Shown: positions 9,742-21,504 of the stretch, in pieces | Position numbering within the stretch: position 1 is the first letter of the stretch | Layout: the number at the start of each line of letters is the position of its first letter | From: Enoplolaimus lenunculus | Taxonomy: Eukaryota | Assembly (NCBI GenBank): GCA_030248215.1 | Contig: JASANG010000641.1 | Location: forward strand, 1-64,000 | Direction of reading: 5' to 3' | DNA: 64,000 nucleotides | Notes under the pieces: generated by a model | What the model was told of the DNA's origin: nothing | The model's input: only the letters and a program-made list of their open reading frames with translations | Databases searched by the model: none | Position numbers and translations under genes: made by a program

Positions 9742-11859
9742 CGCCGAACACCGCCTCGCGTTAACAAATATTAAGTTTCGCCCATATTTTTATTTGCAAC
9801 GCATAGCGCCGTTCGACTCAGTAAAGTATAGCGTAACCCTGAAGTGTGACCTTTCAAATACGTCAACGGCCAAATTAACTTATCGCTAGGATACACGTAA
9901 CAGGTTGGTCGCGAGTAAACGATTTGTACGCAAGTATGCCTGAGAGGATGGCAAAATAACAGTGCCGTCAAATACAGCTCGGGCCAGGCAACAATATGAC
10001 ACAACACCCTTCCAACTCTATACACGTGTCACTGTGATAACCCATTAATATAGACATTCAATTAAAAATCTTACATATTTTGCCACAGTATACGCTGAAA
10101 ATGGCTGTTTCGATAATTATACTGAACTCTAAATTCTAAGTATACGTGACTGCAACAAATTTTTACCAGCTTTCTAGACAACCAAACTTATTGAAAGTTG
10201 CTAAAATAAATATATTTTGAACCAAAAAAATGAAAAACATTTACAAGAATTGCTTGCCTGTACAGTGGTCCTTATCTCAAACGCACTTTAGAGCATAAAG
10301 AAAAATACTGTATTTTAGTCATTTCTTTGGCTATAGCAGTGCGATGAAGCACGAGACCAGGTTTGATTCTGCTGTGTTTAAACATAAATGAACGCTGTAC
10401 AAAGCCTAGCAATTGCGCAGTGATTATAACTACCTACGAAGCGGCGAAGTACATAACGGTGTACTCCAGGTTTCATCGTTTACACGGAATTATAAATTTA
10501 AAACCATGTATTTTTGAAGCGAACTTAGGACTTTTCTTCTAAAACAAGCTATATTTTTGAAAGATTGATCTTAACAATTGGTTATTATTTAATATTTGAT
10601 CGAAATTTTTTCTGGTTTCTGCATTAGCTGTCTTAAACCTGAAATTTGTGGACCAATCTTACAGAAAAAACCAGAGTTTACATATTTAATCTAAAAAAAG
10701 CACCCACTATTTGGCACTGTGATCCCCCGGAAAACAATATTTTTATTTTGACCCTCACATGTTGGCCAGTTTGCATATTGAATATAACATACAAAAGTAT
10801 GTGCAATATACTTGCCTGCCAGTGTAAACGTCATGTTTTGTGCTAAAAAGCAGGTTTCCGTTGTGGCGCTTGACTTTTCCTGAGTTGCACTCACAGGCGG
10901 AGTCGAATTTTGACTCAGTTTGTGTAGTCAGAACAAGCCTATTTCGGAGAGAGTCAATTTGACTCAGCATTTTTGCAGTGTGGTTTAATAGGTTTGTTTG
11001 ACTTGTTCAAGTGTCGGCGAAAGCACCCCGAAACCGACCCTTGTGGCCCTGCCCAATCTTGACAAACTGAAAATTTTTTACCACGAACAAAGCGAGTCAC
11101 AAACCCTTCAATTTGGGGAGCGATCCTTGGGGTTCATTTTTGGCAAACTAAAAATTTTTTCGTGGATCACGAAATTATAGAGCTGTAAAACATTTAAGTT
11201 GGGACGCCTTGGAAACATTTTAGGGCTCCTCTGGGATTTTGTTTGAGATTGCCCGCCTATCCTAACGCCAGCCCTGACCCTGCAGTGTAGTAGGGGCACG
11301 TTTTTACTTTTCATTCTTAGGTGCACCTGCCCTCCTGCAACCCCTCTTAATTTCACGAAACGCTGTGCAGGATGGAGGACTGCCGCCACTCAAGCATCCC
11401 ATACTAAGCATTTCTTATACTAGAGCACCAAGAACACCGTCTAAATGAATTTCGGTTGAAATTTTGAGTATTCCAATATGAATTGCACAACCTTCTGTAC
11501 TGTCCCGTAAACTTGTGGGGTTCAAGGTGGCCAGCGCTTCTGGGAACCTAGTTAAGAAATTTTTCGATGTAAAAGAGCTGTCCCTTGTGAGGGAAAGTAA
11601 AAAGTACCGTGATTTATCTTAATAAGACTTGCTTTCCTACAAATTCGACAGGGTGGAATAATGTAAACATATTATATAGAACTGCTTTGCAATGTTGGTA
11701 CATTATTTTCTGTTTTGAAAACATTTCCCATTAAAGCTTCCAAAATTGCGACAGGTTAATAAACGAGGTCACTGAAAGGCACAATTTCACTATGCAAACT
11801 ATGTAACCTCGCCAATTTCCTGCCAGAGGAAGACCTCCGCTTGAATCCATGTAAGTTTC

Positions 11860-12037
11860 GGCCAGTTACTTTTACGGCCATAAGAGCAGGTCAAGCTTAT
11901 TCCTAAGCCTATTAAGCCTAAGCGTTGCAAAAGCGTATTCCTAAGCCAAAGCCCAAGCAAAAAATGTAGTCTGAAATGTAAGCCTACTCTTTTACCGATC
12001 CACCAGAAACCGGGACGGCCCTAAAGTAACATGGTGC
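11860..12037 (+). mobile_element. TTAGGC-repeat MITE (type B)
   Basis: Ends ggccagttactttt ... acggccctaaagtaacatgg; cctaag repeats. Confidence 0.75.
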
Positions 12038-12739
12038 TAAGTTTGTATAAATCAAAGTTTCTGCGTTCAGCTAAGTACAATAGGTTTAAGCTGTTGCAGT
12101 GAAACAAACTGCTTCAGTATGAAATTTAAGTAACTGGAATACGACTTAAGTATTTAAACAGACGTTTACACGCTCACAATCAAGAAACAGTAGTTTATTA
12201 AAACAGAAATAAAAATAACAGAAATAACAATACTCGTTTAAAAAACACCTGTAAATAGGACGCAACAAAAGTTAAATTTTAAAATCATTAAGCGACACGT
12301 TGTTTTAAATAAAACTTAATGATGTATGTCAAACTAGCTTCGACAATATTAACCCATTAAGGACCGGCCTTATTTCTGCATTCCTCCCTGCATAATGCTA
12401 TGTCATGACGTGAAATCGAACCCGGTTCAGTGGATTTTCTGCCGCATACGATAACCGCTGCACCACATAGAAGTTATCGCTTCTGTCCTGGGATTCTTCG
12501 CTTTATCTTTCACGATACAAGCAGCGTGTATGTCGTGTATGAAAAATTTTGTGGATTCTAATGCGTATCCAACTGTGCCCACACGATAGTCTATAAAAGC
12601 TAAGGCAAGCAAAAACAAATAGCCGGCAATTGCACACCAACCTCTGTTTTACCACCAGGTCTTAGAATATTTAATCAGGTTTGAACTTGCTTATAAAACG
12701 CGCCTGCTATGCTCCATATTAATTCTCACTGGTATATGC

Positions 12740-13060
12740 TCATGCTACCTTGAACCAGGCTTGTCTGATCCGAATACATGACGTCAGCGTACCGCATATA
12801 GCGGCAATACCAGGATTGACATACCCCAAACCACCAAGCGGAATAAAAAGGTCAAAAAAATCTTTATAAAATTCCATTTTCACAGCACGTATTTGCCGTT
12901 CGTTGGCTGTGTTTTGCTCAGAGCTTCTGGATTCAAGAGTTGTAAGTCGTCGCCTGGTAAACATAAGCAGCTGCAGCTGTCTAATATCGCGAATCACATG
13001 CATTAAAATACCAAACAACCACCATTTGAGCGCTGATTTACCAACACGAGGTTTGTTCAC
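12740..13060 (-). CDS. PEX11: PEX11 exon 4 (last)
   Basis: gcttcag| then VNKPRVGKSALKWWLFGIL...FYKDFFDLFIPLGGLGYVNPGIAAICGTLTSCI...*; matches the PEX11 C-terminal KxxxDxxIP...GxxG..S pattern. Confidence 0.88.
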   Translation of the reverse strand: MNKPRVGKSALKWWLFGILMHVIRDIRQLQLLMFTRRRLTTLESRSSEQNTANERQIRAVKMEFYKDFFDLFIPLGGLGYVNPGIAAICGTLTSCIRIRQAWFKVA

Positions 13061-13552
13061 CTGAAGCAAATGCCTCAAGACAATATGCGCTAAGAATTGT
13101 TTCAAACGAAGGTGCGCATAGCCAGGGAGAGCAAAACGAGTGTTCAACTATTTACAAACACGTATAGAAGCCGTACCATCCACGTTTGTACTTATACAGC
13201 CACATACGCCGCCAAAGCTTGCAATTCGTTTTGTAAATAAACAGAAATTTACTACGCTACGCAGTACAAGTGAAATTCCGCAAGCAAGTTCATTTCTAAG
13301 GCTTTGTTAGCCAATGTAGAAGCAGACGGAAACAATAGACCTTTTAACAAAACAACTCAAAAAGCAGGCATGCCGAAGAGAAACTGTGTAGTTACACAAG
13401 CATTAAGTTAAAATACACAAACGTTCACCTCACAATTAATCATTTCATTGTTCACTTATAATAAGTTCCGCCATGCAATTAGAAAGCTGAATTATGCCTT
13501 GACGGAAAAAATAACATACATACATGCAACTAAATAATTTCAGAACACAAAC

Positions 13553-13722
13553 CGTTAATATTCCAATTGTGTGCGCCCACAGTGCGTTGTCATGAATAAT
13601 CCACAGTAGTTTTCCAATGTATCCTAATGTTGTCGTCCATTTTAACACATACTCACAACCAGCTTTATTGTACGTTTCCATCGCTTTCTCTGCCAACTCG
13701 CTGGCCATAAAAATTCGAAAGA
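13553..13722 (-). CDS. PEX11: PEX11 exon 3
   Basis: tttttag| phase 1, then (F)FRIFMASE...GKLLWIIHDNALWAHTIGILT |gtttgt; contains the conserved D-N-x-x-W motif. Confidence 0.88.
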
Positions 13723-14145
13723 CTAAAAATAAAGAAAATACTCGTAGTTATTGTGAAAAGAAGGTTAAGAGCAAATATACGTATGATAAGGCAACATTAC
13801 TATGCAGAAGTGCAATCAGAACGTGTTATATAAGAGGTGCAGAATTCCCTAACGGCACTAAAAACATATTTTAACAGTAAATTAGAATTCTGGCTGCGAA
13901 CATTTAGCAGGTACGTGACTTCGAAAATTGACGGACGCGAGTGAACAGTGTCAAGGTAAAACGTTAGCCAACATGAAAGTCACATTTTCGGAAGTTTTTA
14001 TCACATTGACTAATAGTGCATGTATATATACGTATCTAACCTAATGGTACTTATAACGTACATTACAGTTACGTATCGAACTCTATCCAATCTCATAAAT
14101 ACAAAACAGATTATGTTCTTTCACATCCTTGTAAGCTAGCCTTAC

Positions 14146-14246
14146 ATTTTCGAGAAAGTGAAACATGTTGCTCCAAAATTTTGACACGGTTCAATCTAAA
14201 CTCATTGCCGTACCAGAGGACAACCCGAGATAAATACTGGACGAAC
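14146..14246 (-). CDS. PEX11: PEX11 exon 2
   Basis: tttatag| (R)FVQYLSR...EQHVSLSRK |gtaagg; carries the PEX11 N-terminal QY and S-x-x-RK motifs. Phases match exons 1 and 3. Confidence 0.88.
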
Positions 14247-14491
14247 CTATAAACATCGTTAAAAAGCAACACGAACTGATCACTACATGAAAAGCCGATC
14301 TGTTTAATTAATTCAACCATTCAATTACAAAAATCGCAATATCATCAGCACCAAATTTATTTATTACACTTCTCTTACCGGGATTAACACGTGAAGCAAT
14401 CATATAGTGTACGGCGTATTGACATGATGTTTTATTAAAACTAAATTACCTGCGAATAAACTTTTTCCAGACTACACTAAAATTTATGTAC

Positions 14492-14601
14492 CTGAAAGCA
14501 CTATCTCTTCCACCATATGGATTAATGAATTTATTGAACTGTACACAGCATATCGGAATTTGAATAGGTTCATTAGTAGAACACATTCTGAAATCAAACA
14601 T
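14492..14601 (-). CDS. PEX11: PEX11 exon 1 (start at 14601 or 14586); spliced product about 228-233 aa
   Basis: MFDFRMCSTNEPIQIPICCVQFNKFINPYGGRDSAF(R) |gtacat; GRD...R.QY motif. The four exons total 702 nt and stay in frame. Confidence 0.8.
14588..14597 (-). promoter_or_regulatory. Candidate trans-splice or 5'-UTR splice acceptor directly before the second PEX11 ATG
   Basis: ttgatttcag|aATG: a TTTCAG acceptor one base before the ATG at 14586. Confidence 0.4.
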
Positions 14602-17600
14602 AGTTAGTTAATCGGCGCTCCGCCGGTATAGTAGGAAACATTAGTCATATTGTTGCAAAAATTTGAGTATATTCGTTCTCAGCTCGACTTGGGTAGTACA
14701 AAATCCTATACATACTTATCCCAGAATTCGGCTGGACGACAAAACGCAGACAGAAGTTTTACGAAAATTTAACGAAAATTCCCTTAACGAAGAAGATTTG
14801 CTTTCGAAACAGGAATATGATTAACCAGAACTGAAAAAGAAGACGGAACTTCCAATCGAACCCTGGCTGCGTGTTCAGTTAGCAGAAAATTTGTAAACTC
14901 AGCTCAAAATCTGCTAATTCTATTTGCACAGGCACAAAAATAAAAGGATCAAAACTTACATACATTAACATACGTTTTCCGTTTCTGGTGTTTTTAAATA
15001 CTAAGTAAGCGTTTACTAGTGGCCGCTAAATGTGTTGGAACGATAATTTTTTCAGCAACATTTTAACTAGCTACATAATTTTTGCCAATATGTATTAGGC
15101 GTCTACCTTTTGCACAAAGTACTCCAAGTGTTAAAATAAATGACGTGTGTGTATAGTCCTTCGTGCTGCTGCATGATTTTTGAAATTCGTGTCTGTGAAA
15201 AACTAAAACAAAACATACGGATACCGATTTTTACCCGTAACGAAAACGGATATCGGTTTACACCAAAGGAACATATTTCTTTCTTTCAAGAAATAGTTGT
15301 CTTTATATTCAAGAATTTATTTTTTGATTTTTGTGCATGTACAAAAGTTGCTTTCTTTATATTCTTAAGAGAGTATATTTTATAAATAATCGGATTTCAA
15401 AGATATTTCGGATTGAACTCAAACTTACCTCCAGTTTACGTCTGGGAAGCATACTAGGATGTAAAATTTGGGAATTTGGTTGAGCTTAACTCACGATTTT
15501 GAAGATGACTTTTCCAGCAAATCTTGTTTCTGAGACATATATGTCTCAAAAATCAGATAAACAAGTAAAACGCGCTCTTAAATTTTCAGACACAGATTTC
15601 TGAAAATTTTCAGAAACTGCCTTGCATTCCAGCCACATATCTCTGTCTATAGTTTATAAGACATAATTGTGTTGCATTTAAGAAAATACTTCTTAAATAT
15701 CAGAAAAAATTTTTTGTGTAGTCTGTCCGCGAACTTAATCTATGATTGTCGGCTAAACCGCAATGGAAACGTACACTTTGGACCATTAATAGTAGCCACT
15801 AGATATAAAGTTATTTTTATCCAGCTTGTTGCGCGTAACGATATACCTAGGGGTTAGAGGGCTTGCATTGTTGTTGTTGTATGTCGTTATTGTGCCAGAT
15901 GGTGAACCGATGGTTATTGGTTTTGTGGCTCACAAAGCAACTAAAATATGCAAATCAACAATTTATGGGTGCTGGGGTAGCCAGCCCTTTTATAATGGGT
16001 CATCCACGTTATAATGCGCGCGCTAACGTAAAAATCTGACCAACCACCCGGTAGGAATCTGTGTACAAATCGAAGCTGCAACTCGCGTGTAGGTACAATT
16101 TTGCGCGCTATGTAGACACTCTTAATTGTCCCGACACTGCCCAAAGGGAGTCGGGACAAAAGCTAAAAAATTAAGTAAAATAAAAAAGTGCATATACGTC
16201 TTTGTGTCGTTATTATGTATGTTTGCGATGCTATACGAACGCAGTGCAATATTACGTCCTCGTTAGGGACTACCGGACTTTACAGTGGTCTCGTAATAAA
16301 CATTTTTTTTCAGTTTCGCGTGCAGTATAACGTGGATGTTCCATAATCATTCAGCAGTTTGGCTAGTTTACGACTTACGGCGCTTTTTATACTTATTTAT
16401 TGTTAAATTATCCTAGGAAACAAGTTTTACGGGTTTTGTGAGTCTTCAGTAATTGGGTATTCGTTGAATTAGCGACGATGGCGCAATGTGTGCGGTCTTG
16501 TTAGATCTGTATTACCTATTGTGTTGCACGATGCACGGAGCCAACGGGCGGTGAATTGAGGAAAGGAAAGCTTGGGAAACAGGGGATGTGTGTAACAGAG
16601 ATTTTGGGAAGTTATCGGAATCACAGGAGTTAGTCAATTCTAACGGGGGTAGTCTTGACTGTATTTGGGGAATATTGCGGTTGTATTTGAAATTTACAGA
16701 GTATCTACGGAGTTGACGGCTGGTGTTTTATAAAACTGTGGTTTAGTCGCATCGTTATTGAACACCTAAAAGTTTACTAACAAGGGAATATTTCGGCATC
16801 GTAGTAGACGGATACATTTGCAACTTAAGCGTATACTGCGTGTTTTGCCAATATACGTGTATTGTGGTATCAGACTTGTGGGAAATAAACTGGGAGACGA
16901 CTGCAATTCTGAACCAGAGCTGGATAGCGTCACTGAGAGAGAACTAAAATTTAAGCTGGTGATTGAGCCTAAAAATAAACAAGCAGCCCCTAAAAGTGGC
17001 AATAAAGACGGGGTAAAACAGGGAATCTTTTCAGTTATTTTACTATAACTCACGAATCAAGCAAGTTTGAAAATTTTTAGAGAGTGGGCCAATAAAAAGA
17101 CTGTGCCCCACTGCTCCCCCCTTCGGCTACGGGCACGTCCACCGCTTTCCCTGTCGATCAAAAGACAAGGCCCTATGATTAACATGGGCTGTTTTGATAA
17201 TTTTTATAATGTGGCATTTAAGCAAATGTCATATTGCCCATCGTTATTTGGGCAGTTGTCACGTATGGACAATTGTTTCCACGTCAATTTGTCGCAACCC
17301 AGTTCAAGATTTCAGTTTTGAACAATTAAATCGTCCTGTTACGTTTCGCACAAATCATTAAGCAATAGACAGTTATCAAACATCAAGATTACATAAAGTC
17401 CACTAGAACACGCCGAGTAATCGGCCCGTTGCTCCACTTACTACTACTAATTGCATTTGATTTTTACAGAAAAGTGGTTGAAATATTTTGGAAATTCTTC
17501 AAACCATAGGTCTGGAAATACCTCAACTTACAAACTTTTAGTTTTATGCCGACGTTTGAACACTTAAAACCCGCTGAATGTACGCACTCCGAGCGCCATG

Positions 17601-20073
17601 TCTGGTGTAGTGTTCTTCCCAAAAAATTAGCTGAGCCTGCATTAATATAGTTTGTCTCGCTCTGCTCACATTTTAAATCGTGGCAGGTTACATGCTGCTA
17701 GTCATTCGACCCAAAAATCCTAGAGATCCGCATATTTAGTTTTCTTAAATGCTTGAATTATGTTTGCATTGTCTAAAGTTATATTTTAAATAACATAATT
17801 TGGAGAAGCAAAATTGTCCTAAACCACTGTGGTTCGAACCACTTATCTTGTACACCTAAAGCGCAAGAAATCATCGAATCATGATACCCACATGTTGCTC
17901 TCAATGACGGATGCAGAAATTCCTGGTGGAGATACACAGGTGGAAAATGTAAAACGCCGGAAGGATGATCCATTATTCATTTCTGCTAATGGTCAGAACA
18001 CATAGAAAATTAGTTTTGATTCGGTTCAAAGTCCTAAACAACTGTGAAATTTGGAGATATCTAACAAATATTTGCATAAACTTGATGTTTGATTTTAACC
18101 CTTAAAAAATTTATACTCGGCAGCCTGTGTGGGAATGCATCCCCCATCCCCTCCCCTGGATCCACCCTTGCGTACTGTATTGTTTGTGATATTTCCTTTT
18201 TGGTATATATCTAACTTTAGGCAGCAGTGTGTAAAGCAACAATACATATTCCGTGTGTAAATGTAAATTACAAATCGTGGTTTCTACATTAATGTGTAAA
18301 CTCCTCTTACATATCAATATGCAAATTACCCTCAAGTGATGGCAATTTTAAACATTGAAGAATCAAAAATAGGATTTCGTAAAAACAGGGGGTCCAAATA
18401 GAATTTATCAGGGGGTGCAGTTCTCCAGTTTTTATCAGAAAAATTCTATTTTTTGGGAAATTTACTTCTGACATAATTATAAAATGTCTAGCTAATTGCA
18501 AAAATGCAAACGCCTTTTAAACAGTATAAATTCACTTACTTCACAATTACAGTTTTTGGTAAAATTTACACCCCGAAACATCAACTACTTTTAATAGAGA
18601 CGGCCTCCAGGCCGTCTCAAAAACCTATACAAAAACCACGAACTTCTCACACATCGCAGTGTATTTTGTCTGTGACATGATTGTCTGCTATGAGATAAAC
18701 ACCACATAGTTCGTTAACTCACATATCTTTCCCCTTGCTCTGCTGCAACATGCAGGCGGATTGGTAAATCCATCAACGTAAATGCTCGTTGCGGTTTTTT
18801 AATTACATTTCTTCAAAGATTGACTATTTCTACTTCTGAAAATGTTCTATCTTTGACAATGATAAAATATCCCATTGTAGGGCAACCAAATGGAGATATT
18901 TCTTTGTCACGTGCTTCCTGATGCGCCCGCCCCTCGATCAGCGTTACCCAGCGACAAGCAGTGTAGCACGACTATGTATGACTGTCCGCAGCCGAGTAAA
19001 GTCTGGCGTCAATGTTCGTTATGGCTTCACCCATTAGTCCTATCCAGCAGCGGTTACATACATAAAGTATTCGTATTGCAAAGAACTCTTGGGTTCACGA
19101 CAGTCTCGATACTTTGATGCGTTTATAAGATAGTAATTACCGCAACGCAGGGAATTTATTTGAGGAAGCGGTACCAAGTAGTGCCCTTTACATATATTTG
19201 CCAGCATTTATGTGTGCTTATAATGCGAGGATCTATTATGTGTAGCAGAAATGCAAAGCTTGAAAAGCTTTGCCGTAAAATCATGAAAAATAGAAGAACT
19301 GAGTCGTTTTCATGACGATTCAAAGCGAACAGTTTGCTGATCGGTAAGGTTTACAATACTACACTGTATAGTTGTAATCATCAGGGTTAAATTGTCGGGG
19401 ACGTATATAAAGTGTGCTTAATCAGTATCCAGTGTCCTGAGTCTGTTGAAAGGTAAGTTGGCGAGACAAAAGTCACGTTCTTTTTACAATGTATAAGTTT
19501 CGAAACTAAGACATGCGCATAAAACGCTTATAGACAATATGCGTAATGTTTTTGAAGTCTCTTCCAATGGACTATGTGAAAATCCCAACACTGTAAGCGC
19601 AGTGAGTTTTGTATCAAATCACAGTGCCTTTTTAGGGAGTTTTGTCTGTCGTTTGGTTCTCAATTATAATTTGCAGACACATCAAAACATAACAAAACGC
19701 GGTATTAAAACAGAGCTGAGAATCCAAAATGAAGATACAATTTATTTACGTGAAACATTTATAACGTGGATGACCCATAATTGGAAAAAAATTTCCGTTG
19801 TATCTGATCGTAAGACGAGTTTTCTATGGCCAAAATTTATAATTGCCGCATAAATTCAACCGAAATGATGATATTTATATTTTGATTAAATGCTTGCGTT
19901 GTGTGACTTTATGCCGTGGATTGTTTACATATTTTAGTGGACACAAGCCTGAGAGATTGTCGAGAAATCTCGAGGGAAAGTCTAGCCAATAGTTGGACAT
20001 CAAGTCTACGTACGTATTGATAGAGAGAAGATTATCATTACAAGACTTCAAGTTCGAACGCAAGATAGTGGTG

Positions 20074-20538
20074 AATGCGTTTAATTAAAATTGTGCCAGG
20101 AATTATTGATTTGTGCAATTGTCAGTACTGATTCTTTAAGCCCTGTTCACACGTGCAAGTTTTTGCAATGCGTTTAATTAAAATTGTACCAGGAATTATT
20201 GATTTGTGCAATTGTCAGTACTGATTCTTTAAGCCCTGTTCACACGTGCAAGTTTTTGCAATGCGTTTAATTAAAATTGTGCCAGGAATTATTGATTTGT
20301 GCAATTGTCAGTACTGATTCTTTAAGCCCTGTTCACACGTGCAAGTTTTTGCAATGCGTTTAATTAAAATTGTACCAGGAATTATTGATTTGTGCAATTG
20401 TCAGTACTGATTCTTTAAGCCCTGTTCACACGTGCAAGTTTTTTGCAATGCGTTTAATTAAAATTGTACCAGGAATTATTGATTTGTGAATTGTCAGTAA
20501 TGATTCTTTAAGCCCTGTTCACACGTGCAAGTTTTTGC
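20074..20538. repeat. Tandem repeat, 93-bp unit x5, built from a transposon end plus its flank
   Basis: Units start at 20074, 20167, 20260, 20353 and 20447; each ends in ttaagccctgttcacacgtgcaagtttttgc. Confidence 0.97.
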
Positions 20539-20775
20539 AGCCAAAACTTGCACGTGCAACTTGCACGCGCATGTTTGGTCACAAAGCAGCTTTGAAGTTC
20601 TTGCAGCTGCAAATTATTCACAGGAATTCATGCTAATTCGCTCCTGTGATTGCAGTTGCAAGTCGCTTGAATTTCTTGCAGCTGCAGTTTGATTGGTCAA
20701 TCAGAATGTTCCGTTGAAAATATATACTTGCAGCTGCAAGTATTTCGGGCAAGTTTCAGTCACGAGTTCTCACTG
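20511..20775 (+). mobile_element. PIF/Harbinger-like non-autonomous element end
   Basis: tta|AGCCCTGTTCACACG terminus with TGCAAG/CTTGCA subterminal repeats. An inverted homologue lies at 58393-58674. Confidence 0.6.
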
Positions 20776-21330
20776 CCGACTACTCGTTTTTCTTGAAATT
20801 TCGATCAAGCTTCAGTTCAATCTTCAATTGAGTATAGCATGATTCACCAAAATTGTGACTCTTGCTGTATGTTTTAGCTTATTTTAGGCCCATTTTCACT
20901 AAAGGCGTCTGCCGCACAGAGAGACTGAGCAACAACTTAGGCGTAAGTTTACACTGCGGAATATGCTTATACCACTGTTCCGATCCTGTTCTATACATGA
21001 GCCAATGACTACAGTTTTCAAGGACTCCACAGTTAACTGTTATTGACACATTTCCTGAGTGTGAAGAACTTGCTAAATAACACCGAACCCACCAACGCTC
21101 CTTTATACAGGACTAAGCTTGCTTTGTGTTGAACATGTGGAAAGCGCACGTATATACGTAGGGTAGGGTTTTACATTGTCGTCTAAAATAAGCTATTTAT
21201 AAATATATATCGCTTGGTCCGCTATCAAGCGCACATTTGGTCTATTTTAAGGCTTCTTGTATTTGTTTGTTGGTATGTTGTCGTTGTAGTTGGCGTGGTA
21301 TACGTCTCATTTTGAAACGTATATGCGACC

Positions 21331-21504
21331 ATTTTGACGAGCGTACCGTTCTTTTTTCAGCGGAACTACGATACAGTAAGCGTAAGCTTTAGACAAATTT
21401 TTGTGCTTAGACTTAGGCCTTAGGCTTATCTTTACGCTGAGATGCTTTGGCTGTACGATTAAGAATATGCTTTATACTGGTGTTACACGCTTCTCAAAGT
21501 AACC
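21331..21504 (-). mobile_element. TTAGGC-repeat MITE, degenerate
   Basis: gcttagacttaggccttaggctta core with the family-specific aagcgtaagctttagac and aatatgct segments. Confidence 0.6.

Noticed and set aside
13828..13857. Alternative PEX11 exon after tttttag (LPLGNSAPLI)
   Set aside because: An in-frame TAA follows after 10 codons; the 13722 acceptor gives the conserved RK-FFR continuation.
20074..20538. Possible CRISPR array
   Set aside because: The whole 93-bp unit is repeated, with no variable spacers.
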